Shown: one piece after another, positions 22,742 to 31,300 of the stretch
Numbering within the stretch: the stretch's first letter is position 1
Layout: each line of letters begins with the position of its first letter
Made by a program: the position numbers and the translations under genes
NCBI GenBank assembly: GCA_040880305.1
Contig: JBBDIP010000043.1
Location: forward strand, 12,730-76,729
Length of the DNA stretch: 64,000 nt
Direction: 5' to 3'
Origin: Bacillota bacterium
Lineage (GTDB): Bacteria > Bacillota > Sulfobacillia > Fermentithermobacillales > Fermentithermobacillaceae
The notes under the pieces: generated by a model
Told to the model about the DNA's origin: nothing
What the model saw: only the letters and a program-made list of their open reading frames with translations
Database searches by the model: none

Positions 22742-23538
22742 GAGACGCCGGGATGTCCCAGAAGTACGGCCCCCAGCGCGCCGCAAAAGGCGCCGTGCTT
22801 CAGAAAGCCAAATTCGTGGCCAAGGAAGCAGCCAATCTCCAGGAACCTTTCCCTGATTAGGGGGTGGCTGCTGGGAGATCCCGCCACCACAATGGTGCCG
22901 GTCTTGTAAGTCCGCGCCACCTGGATGGATAGCACTGCGACCGTTTCAACGACCATCTGGACGATGGCCGACGCAATATCGACTTTGCCGGCATCCTCAA
23001 AACTCCTGCGGCCAAAGTTGGCGGCTGTAAGAGCGCTGAGCACAGGGGACTCGGCCGTGTCGGGATAGAGGTCAGAGACCATAAGGTCGACCCGCTGTCG
23101 CTTGCCCTTTGACGCCAGATCCATTATCTTCACGAATTCAGGGACCGAAAGGAGCATATTGCCCAGGCCCGTAATAGTCCCTCCACCCACTCCCGTGCCG
23201 GCCGCTCGCGTGCCGGAATCGGGAGAAACGTAGAAGATGGACGTCCCCGTGCCTATGCTGGTCAGGACGAACGGCTCAGCGGCAGGGTCCTTCTCCAGCA
23301 CGAGATGCCGGGCGCCGGCGCAGAAGCTTTGGAGTTCATCCAGTACGCGGACTGGTTCCTCCAGGCATTTCGCCAGGTCCTTGGCCCCGCACCCGGTGGC
23401 ATAGATCTGTTCTCCCGGGGGCAGCGATGCCGCCACTTCTGCCGCGTCGGTGTGTTCCAGCAGGCGGTACTGCCTTTCACCGTCAGAGACCGTGACTATC
23501 TTGGTCAGGGATCCACCAACATCGATGCCTATCTGCAT
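22735..23538 (-). CDS. coaW: Type II pantothenate kinase-like (CoaW / fumble family) ASKHA protein
   Basis: Motifs IGIDVGGSLTKIV, ATGCGA, SIGTGTSI, GTGVGGGTITGL, VDLMVSDLY. The likely start is the ATG at 23538. Confidence 0.65.
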   Translation of the reverse strand: MQIGIDVGGSLTKIVTVSDGERQYRLLEHTDAAEVAASLPPGEQIYATGCGAKDLAKCLEEPVRVLDELQSFCAGARHLVLEKDPAAEPFVLTSIGTGTSIFYVSPDSGTRAAGTGVGGGTITGLGNMLLSVPEFVKIMDLASKGKRQRVDLMVSDLYPDTAESPVLSALTAANFGRRSFEDAGKVDIASAIVQMVVETVAVLSIQVARTYKTGTIVVAGSPSSHPLIRERFLEIGCFLGHEFGFLKHGAFCGALGAVLLGHPGVSY

Positions 23539-23543
23539 GTGAA

Positions 23544-24368
23544 TCAACTCCGGCCGTTTGCTTTCCTGGTAGTTCTCTCTCTTGCCCCATCGTCCCTCCG
23601 CCTGCAGAGGAACACCATCTCACCTGCGGTTTCCGATATGGGGATGTCCTCCATTATTGATCCTTGCTCATGAAAGACCTCGAAGCCTGCCGCGAAGAGC
23701 ATTGTCCTCATCTGGCTGGGGAAATAGTAGACCAGGGTTTCGCAGGTCCCTTGCGTGCGCAGGATTCGGCCCTCATCCTTCTCTTCCAACACCATATCAT
23801 TGGTTTCGGTCTGCCTCGTGAAGTCGTAGCGTGCGGTCACTCGGTAGACTAGCGTGGTGCCGGTTAGAGGGTGCTCGAACTCGAACTCTTGCTGGACGCC
23901 GTTGGCCTTCTTCATCAGGAGTATGTCGGGAACCCCGTTTTCCAGGAGGAAAGTACCCTGCGCGCCAACGTGTCGCAGCGCGCTCTGCATAACCCTGTTC
24001 CCATCCCCTGGACCCGTGAAGTAGTTGATGAAGTTGCATGGGGCAGTAACCAGGTCGAAGCGCTCCCCCAGGTCGAGGCCAAGGACGTCGGCCTTCACGA
24101 GGGTCGCCCTCGCCTGCACGTCCGCGGACTCGTACCCCAATCTCTGCCTGCATATGGACATCATATCGTCGGAGGTGTCCACGCCGGTCGCGGTGAAACC
24201 CGCGCGAGCCAGCGGGATCAGGATGCGTCCGGAGCCCGACCCCAGTTCCAGGACCCTCGGGCCGTACCTAGCGGCAAACTCCAGGTAGGCCTCCACGTCG
24301 GCGAGGCCCGCGTGGAGGATATCATAGAACTCGGCGAAGAAGCCGGCGAAACCGTCCTGACTGGCCAA
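23544..24368 (-). CDS. Class I SAM-dependent methyltransferase
   Basis: Motif I VLELGSGSGRI. Confidence 0.8.
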   Translation of the reverse strand: MASQDGFAGFFAEFYDILHAGLADVEAYLEFAARYGPRVLELGSGSGRILIPLARAGFTATGVDTSDDMMSICRQRLGYESADVQARATLVKADVLGLDLGERFDLVTAPCNFINYFTGPGDGNRVMQSALRHVGAQGTFLLENGVPDILLMKKANGVQQEFEFEHPLTGTTLVYRVTARYDFTRQTETNDMVLEEKDEGRILRTQGTCETLVYYFPSQMRTMLFAAGFEVFHEQGSIMEDIPISETAGEMVFLCRRRDDGARERTTRKANGRS

Positions 24369-24430
24369 TGAAGTCCCCCTGACCTAGGCGCACCTGATTG
24401 GATGTACCCCGTGCAAGCATATCTCAATAA

Positions 24431-25456
24431 TTGCTGATGGCGCAGACCCAATGGTACAATCCCACCCAAAGGAGGCGCTCTGACGTAGACCTTCCACTCG
24501 AGCTCAGAACGGTCATAGATACCGAGTTGGCCCAGGTACCCTCGAAGAGACTTGCCACTTTGTCCGCCGACCTCTCCGAGCGCTATCGCGCAGGACGGTC
24601 TCAAGCCGGCCGAGCCTTCCTGCGTTCTGCGGATGACATCGCAGCTTATGCAGCGTTTCGACTCCCCGCGACATTCGCGGCGGTGAAAGCGACTCTGGCG
24701 GAAATCCGTGACCAGTTGCCTCACTGGAGTCCGATGAGCCTATTGGACGTGGGGGCGGGCCCCGGCACTGCCATGTGGGCGGCGACCGAAGTGTGGCCAG
24801 ACTTGTCATCAGTCACGTCGTTGGAGCGCGAGGAGGGGATGATATCCCTCGGCAGGCGACTGGCTGCCTACTCACTTGAGGCAAGCGTCAGAGAGGCCAA
24901 GTGGATTAAGGCGGATATCACGGGAGCGTGGGATGTCCCCGCGCACGATCTGGTGATCGCCGCCTATGTGCTGGGCGAGTTGCAGGAGCCCGCAATCCAG
25001 GCGCTTGTCAGCAGGATGTGGGAGGCAACCTCCGGCGTCCTGGTGTTGATCGAACCGGGGACCATGGCGGGGTTCGCGCGCATCAAACAGGCCCGGGAGC
25101 AGGTGCTACTGCTGGGGGCCAAGACGATTGCTCCGTGTCCCCACGATGATGAGTGTCCAATTGCGGGGACCGACTGGTGCCATTTCTCGCAACGGGTGGC
25201 GCGTTCGCGCCTTCATCGACAGGTGAAGGCCGGAGAACTGGCCTATGAGGACGAGAAGTTCTCCTACGTGGCGCTATCGAGGATGCCCGCTGAGCCAATT
25301 CAGGGGAGGGTCCTCCGTCACCCGCAGATCGGCAAGGGACACATCCGCGTCGAACTGTGCACGCCCACGGGTTTGAAGAGCACCGTAGTCACCCGCAAAG
25401 ACAAGGGCACGTTCAGGAAGGCCCGCGATCTGGACTGGGGATCCGCTGTCCGCTAG
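24431..25456 (+). CDS. Rsm22-like methyltransferase
   Basis: LLDVGAGPGTA plus a C-terminal Cys cluster (CPHDDECP...WCHF), as in the Rsm22 family. Confidence 0.7.
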   Translation: MLMAQTQWYNPTQRRRSDVDLPLELRTVIDTELAQVPSKRLATLSADLSERYRAGRSQAGRAFLRSADDIAAYAAFRLPATFAAVKATLAEIRDQLPHWSPMSLLDVGAGPGTAMWAATEVWPDLSSVTSLEREEGMISLGRRLAAYSLEASVREAKWIKADITGAWDVPAHDLVIAAYVLGELQEPAIQALVSRMWEATSGVLVLIEPGTMAGFARIKQAREQVLLLGAKTIAPCPHDDECPIAGTDWCHFSQRVARSRLHRQVKAGELAYEDEKFSYVALSRMPAEPIQGRVLRHPQIGKGHIRVELCTPTGLKSTVVTRKDKGTFRKARDLDWGSAVR

Positions 25457-25543
25457 GAAGGAGCAGGAAGTAGAGGATCCCGCCGATAAGGGGTGAATTG
25501 CACCATCGACAGACTAACCCAGGCTTTTCTGGAGGGATCTGGC

Positions 25544-27134
25544 GTGACGCGGTGTGAACGTATTGCAGTGATGTTCATATTGCTCCTCGGTCTATCGGTC
25601 TCCCTGTCCTCCTGCGAACCGGCTATCGTCAAGCCACTCACAGCCGAGCAAAAGGTCGAGGACTTCCAGTACCTCTTTGCAGCTATCAAGGACAGCTACC
25701 CGTATGTCGCACTCAAGGCTCGCACTGACGGCTACGACTGGGTGGCCCATGAACAGGAATTCCTCGAAATAGTACGCAAGACGGCCAACAACGAGGAGTT
25801 CGCCAAGGCCATCTCGCGGATGCTGATGCTTCTCAATAACGGGCACACCGGCATATCTCCGGGTGGGCAGAACCGGGCATACGAGCAGATGGGCTCAGGG
25901 CCCTGGAAGGACGAGGTCGATGAGACCACGCCCGAGAAAGCGGACTACTGGGCCGGCCTGGGAGGCACTACGTACAGTACTGCCTCGCTAAAGGGCACCG
26001 AGCCCTTCGTAGCGGTGTACTCCGCGGGCGACTACGTCGTCGTGGACGTCTCACCAGACACGCGGCTGCAGGGGTGGGTCCAGGGTCATCTCCCTAGACG
26101 GCAAACCGGTCAACGAATACGTCAAAGCCCAGTACGGTGAGACCTGGCTCAAGTACGACCCGCTACGGAAAATCAACTACCAGCGGTACTTGATATTCAA
26201 GTCAGGCGTTTCGAAGGTAGCGTTCGCTGGGGCGGATGGCAAGGTGACAGAGGTGGACGTCCCCACGCCGGTCGAGCAGTGGCGGATGACTTACTCCTGG
26301 CCTCCATCCTATATCGCCGACCCCTACAGTGGCGGGGGAAACAACTTATACACAGCGCTGATCGATGGTCGCGCGGGGTACATACGCATAAGGCAGATGC
26401 TTTCAGATCCCAAAGAGGACATGGAGACGCTCAAGGACTTCATGAAGACGGCAGGGACTCTGCCTGCTCTGGTGATCGACATCCGTGGCAATGGCGGGGG
26501 CAACGACGGATACTGCTGGAATCTTGTTAGCACGCTTTCATACAAGCCCGTTGATTTGGTGATGCACATTATCTGGCGAAACAGCGATTTTGCGCGAAGG
26601 CTCGCCGACGCGAAAGGCGTCAGCAAGATGCCGGGGACGGCCAAGGCAGAGGTTGAGAAGCTGGCCGGCGAAGCCTGCCCGCCTGGCCTGCCGCCTGAGA
26701 TTCTCACTCCCGCTTTTGACGAACCCCGCACCATGAAGTACACAATCGAGCCCTCAGGGAGCGTGAACTACGCCGGCAAGATTTTCCTCCTTGTAGACGA
26801 TAATGTCTTCTCATCGGCGGAGTCCTTCGCCGCTTTCTGCAAGGGATCAGGATGGGCCACCGTCGTCGGGAGCTTTACCGGTGGAGACGGAATCGGCTAC
26901 GATCCTGCTCTTCTGACCCTGCCGAAAAGCGGGATGACCGTCAGGTTTTCATCCATGATGGGACTAAACCCGGATTGGACCGCCAATGAGGGGACCCACA
27001 CCAAGCCCGACGTCCTTGTCGAGATGAGCGCAGCCGATCTTGTTGCCTACATGAACGCAATCAGCATTGGGTTGACTGGACCGGATCCCTCGTGGGATGT
27101 TGTGCTCAGAAGATGCCTGGCTGAAGACAAGTAA
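25544..27134 (+). pseudogene. S41-family peptidase lipoprotein, paralog 1, interrupted by a frameshift near 26084
   Basis: Two ORFs (25493..26140 and 26190..27134) together align colinearly with the intact paralogs. Lipobox LSSC. Motifs IDIRGNGGGN and SSAESFAAFCKGS lie in the second frame. Confidence 0.7.
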
Positions 27135-28041
27135 GGACGTCAGTAGCAACGGCCGGCGGGGGGTACCCGAAATCATCCACGAAGTGAGAGCAAAGACCCT
27201 TCTTCAGACTCATCGGGGTCAGGGATGGTTTGGCGCTGACTACAACATGAACATCTACCGCGGTTGCCAGCACCGCTGCATCTACTGCGATTCCCGCAGC
27301 GAGTGCTACCAGATCGAGAACTTCGACGACATTCTGGTGAAGACAAACGCGGTTGACCTGCTGGAATCGGAGATCAGCCGTAAGCGTTCCAGGGGCGTCG
27401 TGGGCTCGGGCTCTATGAGCGACCCATACACGCCCGTCGAGGCTGACTACAAGCTTACACGCAGTGCTCTGGAGGTAATTGCCAATCACGGGTTCTCGGT
27501 TCATATGGTCACCAAGAGCGACATGGTTACCAGGGACATTGATATCCTGAAGCGCATGGACTGGCGTCGTCCTTCTGTGGCGTTCACGCTGACCACTGTT
27601 GACGATGAACTGGCCCGAATACTTGAGCCCGGCGCGCCGTCTCCGAGTCGTCGACTGGCGGCCATGGCCGAACTGGCCGCAGCCGGAGTCTGCGTGGGGG
27701 TCACGCTGATGCCGGTCCTCCCGTTCATTGAGGATACGGATGAAGGAATTCTGGGGATAGTCGAAGCTGCGGTCAACCACGGTGGGGAGTTCATCTACCC
27801 GGCCTTCGGGGTGACCCTCCGCGATCGCCAGCGCGGCTACTACTTTCGGAAGCTGGACGAGAGTTTCCCCGGCCTAAGCGTCAAGTACCGGGAGACCTAC
27901 GGCGATGCGTACCAGTGCATGGTCCCCGGACACCGGCATCTTCTTAGCTTGCTTCAAAAACGTTGCGCTGAGCTCCGGTTGGCATTTGAGATGGACGAAA
28001 TCGTCAACCTGATGCCATTTCGGCACGCGACCCTGTTCTGA
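27097..28041 (+). CDS. SPL-family (SplB/COG1533-like) radical SAM protein
   Basis: CX3CX2C motif NIYRGCQHRCIYCDS. The start is uncertain, as the ORF overlaps the upstream stop by 38 nt. Confidence 0.8.
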   Translation: MLCSEDAWLKTSKDVSSNGRRGVPEIIHEVRAKTLLQTHRGQGWFGADYNMNIYRGCQHRCIYCDSRSECYQIENFDDILVKTNAVDLLESEISRKRSRGVVGSGSMSDPYTPVEADYKLTRSALEVIANHGFSVHMVTKSDMVTRDIDILKRMDWRRPSVAFTLTTVDDELARILEPGAPSPSRRLAAMAELAAAGVCVGVTLMPVLPFIEDTDEGILGIVEAAVNHGGEFIYPAFGVTLRDRQRGYYFRKLDESFPGLSVKYRETYGDAYQCMVPGHRHLLSLLQKRCAELRLAFEMDEIVNLMPFRHATLF

Positions 28042-28165
28042 CTTGATCTGTAACATCCCTGCTCAAAACGGACTCAGTTCATGGGAAGGCAGGGCCCCAT
28101 CGACGTATCTGGCCTGCCTCCCGTGCGTGGGCTGGACCCCCAACCCGAAAGGAGGATCCTCGCGG

Positions 28166-30418
28166 ATGAGCGTCTGGAGCAAGCATAGGATACTCGGAAA
28201 GCACCTCGCGTTGGCCATCTCATTGTGGCTGCTGGTTGTACTCGCCGCATCGTGCTCGCCAAGCCTGGCACCTCTGCCGCTTACTACAGAGCAGCGTCTT
28301 GAGGATTTTCGCTACCTATCCGAAATCCTTGTAGACGGCTATCCGTACCTGGAGGTCAGCAAGAGGATGACAGGCTACGACTTGGCGGCCCACATACCCA
28401 AGTTTGAGGCGGAGATAGGGGCAGCAAGCAGCGATGAGGAGTTCGCCAAGGCCACTACTCGCGTCCTGAGGCTGCTCAACAACGGTCACACGGGGATTAT
28501 GTCGGGGTCGGCGATATCGCGCTATTCTCTTTTCATGAAGGCGTGGAGCAGTCAGGCCGGGAAGACCACTGGAGAGAGGGCGGACTACTGGTACGATCTG
28601 AGCGGTGCACCCGCTGGCCAACCGGGATTTCCAAGAACGGCCATCCACGCTGTGTACGCAGTCGGGCAGTACGTAGTAGTAGGAACAGCACCTGATGCCA
28701 ACCTTAGCTCCATTGTGCCTCCTGGCTCCGTGGTGACCGCGGTCGATGGGACTCCTGTGAACGAGTGCGTGCGAGAGCTGCTGGGAGAGACTTATCTTCG
28801 ATATGACCCGCTGAGAAAGACACTGTACCAGCCCATGCTGACTGCCTTCGGCGCATCCGGGCCTCATGTCAGTACGGGGAGTTCCGGCTACGATACCGTC
28901 GTTGTCACCATCCGATCCCGCGAAGGGGAACTGGTTGACGTTACGGCGCCGCGAAAGGTAAACGCGTGGGACTCCCACTACTCCTGGCCGCCCAGATACC
29001 TCCCGAGCCAAGACAGCGTCACCAGCGCAAGCGGCAATCTCTACGTGACGATGCTGGAGGGAAGTGTCGCGTATGCCCAGATCCAAAGCATGCGGCAAGA
29101 TTCAGGGGAGATCAAGAGCGACGTTGCGACCCTCAGGCAGTTCATGGAGGCCCACAACCCTGGTGCCCTGGTGCTTGACATCAGGGGGAACGGCGGCGGA
29201 AGCGACAACTACTGGCAGGCTATGGTCGCGATGCTGGCTTCCGGCACCGTCTCGTGCGCCAGTGGCGTAACTTGGCGGAACAGCCCGTTCATCCAGCCTT
29301 TCATGGCGGACAAGAGAGCGGATGCACTGCCCACGGCCCCGATGTCGGATCTCCTCGCCGCGCAGGCCACTGGCGGAGACAGGCTTCCGCCCGAAATCCT
29401 AACTCACGCGTTCGCGGAGCCGAGGGTCTGGATACGCAAGGCGGAGCCCGATAATAGCATCAACTACCAGGGAAAAGTCTTCCTCCTGGTGGACGGCTAT
29501 GTGTACTCTTCAGCCGAGTCCTTCGCGGCATTCTGCAAGGGAAGCAAATGGGCGACGGTAGTTGGTTCGTACACTGGCGGAGATGGGATCGGCTATGACC
29601 CAGCGATTGTCGTCCTGCCTAATAGCGGGATGGCGATACGCTTCCCGAGCGACATGGGGCTGAACCCCGATTGGTCCGCCAACGAGGAGTTCCACACCCG
29701 CCCTGATATGCTAGCGGAATGGGCCCCGGACGACATCCTGGGATATGCGGCGACATCGGGACGGCCTGCCCGTCCGGATCCGGCATGGGATCCCCAGTTG
29801 AGGGCCGCGCTATCCTTCGGGAATGTTAGTCCCAACGAGGCTTTGTCGCTCGAAGCAAAGATTGAGGCAGGGCTAAGCGATCCGGATCCGCTGTTACATC
29901 AGGCGTGGTCGATGATACACGGGGACATTGAGCGAAACGAGGAAACCTCCAGGCAGATATTCGCGGACAAGGGTACGAGATTCACCGATGCAGAGATAAC
30001 AACGCTCGCGTTGACTGACAGCTTCGACAGCATTCACGAGGACGCGGTCATTGAGGTCTATCTGCTGCAGTATCGTATGCTTCCCGAGGACATGTCGAAG
30101 ATAATGCTCGCCGGAGGAATGAAAGCCCGGGACGGCTGGTTGCTTAGCGTGGGCAGCATGGGAAATCCGCACCTCGTGGCAGAGGATGTTGACGGAGAGA
30201 TAGCATATGTCGGAACGATCCATCCGGAGGGCGAGGGTCAAGGGGTACTTGACGCGACGTTGGAGCTTCTGTACAGACTTGGAGCGCAGGACAGCGCCTC
30301 TGTCGCCACCTCGCCCATCGAGATAAATAGAGTTTACGCAGTGCCGAATCCTGATTTGACGCCACGGGAAGCCGCAGAGCTGCTCACGGGAGGTGTGGTC
30401 CATGCAATCGCCAGATGA
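28166..30418 (+). CDS. S41-family peptidase lipoprotein, paralog 2, with about 200-aa C-terminal extension
   Basis: RBS AAAGGAGGA then ATG 28166. Lipobox LAASC. Motifs LDIRGNGGGS and SSAESFAAFCKGS. The extra C-terminal region has no counterpart in paralogs 1 and 3. Confidence 0.8.
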   Translation: MSVWSKHRILGKHLALAISLWLLVVLAASCSPSLAPLPLTTEQRLEDFRYLSEILVDGYPYLEVSKRMTGYDLAAHIPKFEAEIGAASSDEEFAKATTRVLRLLNNGHTGIMSGSAISRYSLFMKAWSSQAGKTTGERADYWYDLSGAPAGQPGFPRTAIHAVYAVGQYVVVGTAPDANLSSIVPPGSVVTAVDGTPVNECVRELLGETYLRYDPLRKTLYQPMLTAFGASGPHVSTGSSGYDTVVVTIRSREGELVDVTAPRKVNAWDSHYSWPPRYLPSQDSVTSASGNLYVTMLEGSVAYAQIQSMRQDSGEIKSDVATLRQFMEAHNPGALVLDIRGNGGGSDNYWQAMVAMLASGTVSCASGVTWRNSPFIQPFMADKRADALPTAPMSDLLAAQATGGDRLPPEILTHAFAEPRVWIRKAEPDNSINYQGKVFLLVDGYVYSSAESFAAFCKGSKWATVVGSYTGGDGIGYDPAIVVLPNSGMAIRFPSDMGLNPDWSANEEFHTRPDMLAEWAPDDILGYAATSGRPARPDPAWDPQLRAALSFGNVSPNEALSLEAKIEAGLSDPDPLLHQAWSMIHGDIERNEETSRQIFADKGTRFTDAEITTLALTDSFDSIHEDAVIEVYLLQYRMLPEDMSKIMLAGGMKARDGWLLSVGSMGNPHLVAEDVDGEIAYVGTIHPEGEGQGVLDATLELLYRLGAQDSASVATSPIEINRVYAVPNPDLTPREAAELLTGGVVHAIAR

Positions 30419-30434
30419 TGCCTCATGCAAGGGC

Positions 30435-30848
30435 ATGAGTATTTCCGTCGAGTCCCTGCGAGAACATCTGGAGTCAGACCAGGCCATTGACATGGCCTTC
30501 CTTTTCGGTTCTGTCGCCAAGGGCACGGACACCAAACGCTCTGATATCGATGTAGCAGTACATTTCAGCGGCCCCTATGGCACTGACGATGTGTTCCGCC
30601 TGGCAGGCGAGCTCGAACGGCTGCTTAGTCGGGACGTCGACTTGATTGTGCTCAACTCCGCTCCTGCCAGCCTTGCATGGACAGCAATAAGGGGTGTTCG
30701 CCTTTTCGTCCGCAACCAAGGGGCTTATGTCCAGTACATGCTGGATGTCTCTCGTGAGGCGGAGGATTTTGGCCACTTTGCATCGGATCTATGGAAGATG
30801 AGGCGCAAGCGAAGAGCCGAAGCGGAGGCCACAGCTCATGGACACTGA
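30435..30848 (+). CDS. mntA: MNT-type nucleotidyltransferase (antitoxin of HepT/MNT pair)
   Basis: Motif LFGSVAKGTDTKRSDIDVAV (GSx10DxD). Confidence 0.8.
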   Translation: MSISVESLREHLESDQAIDMAFLFGSVAKGTDTKRSDIDVAVHFSGPYGTDDVFRLAGELERLLSRDVDLIVLNSAPASLAWTAIRGVRLFVRNQGAYVQYMLDVSREAEDFGHFASDLWKMRRKRRAEAEATAHGH

Positions 30849-31269
30849 TGTGAAGGGCAGCATCGTCAAGCGGATCGAGTTCGCAAGGTCTGAACTCAAT
30901 GATCTGTCGGAGTACGCATCGATGGATTATGCTGCCTATGGTCAAGATCGCGTTCAGCGTCGTAACGTGGAGCGGATTGTAGAGAACATCGCCAACGCAG
31001 CGTTCGATATTGGCAAGATGATCCTGTCTACTCTCGACACTCCAATGCCTGAGTCCTATAGAGGCGTTTTCATCAGGCTAGGGGAGATTCAACTTAGCGA
31101 CGCCCAACTTGTTGAGTCCCTGATTGCAGTATCACAGCTCCGGAATGTCCTGGCTCACCAGTATCGTGACATCACGTGGGACTACATCAAGCGGTTCATT
31201 GCGGAGGACGCCAAGTCCCTCGGACGATTCCTTGGGATCGCTGACGAATGGGTCGCCGCTCAAACATGA
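30838..31269 (+). CDS. hepT: HepT (DUF86) HEPN-domain toxin
   Basis: Rx4HxY motif RNVLAHQY. 11-nt overlap with the MNT gene. Confidence 0.85.
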   Translation: MDTDVKGSIVKRIEFARSELNDLSEYASMDYAAYGQDRVQRRNVERIVENIANAAFDIGKMILSTLDTPMPESYRGVFIRLGEIQLSDAQLVESLIAVSQLRNVLAHQYRDITWDYIKRFIAEDAKSLGRFLGIADEWVAAQT

Positions 31270-31300
31270 TGCTACTGTTGGATTGGCGAGCGAGAAGGAT

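Noticed and set aside
26075-26095. Programmed ribosomal frameshift in S41 paralog 1
   Set aside because: There is no X-XXY-YYZ slippery site or obvious stimulatory structure. A one-base indel in a G-run explains the break more simply.
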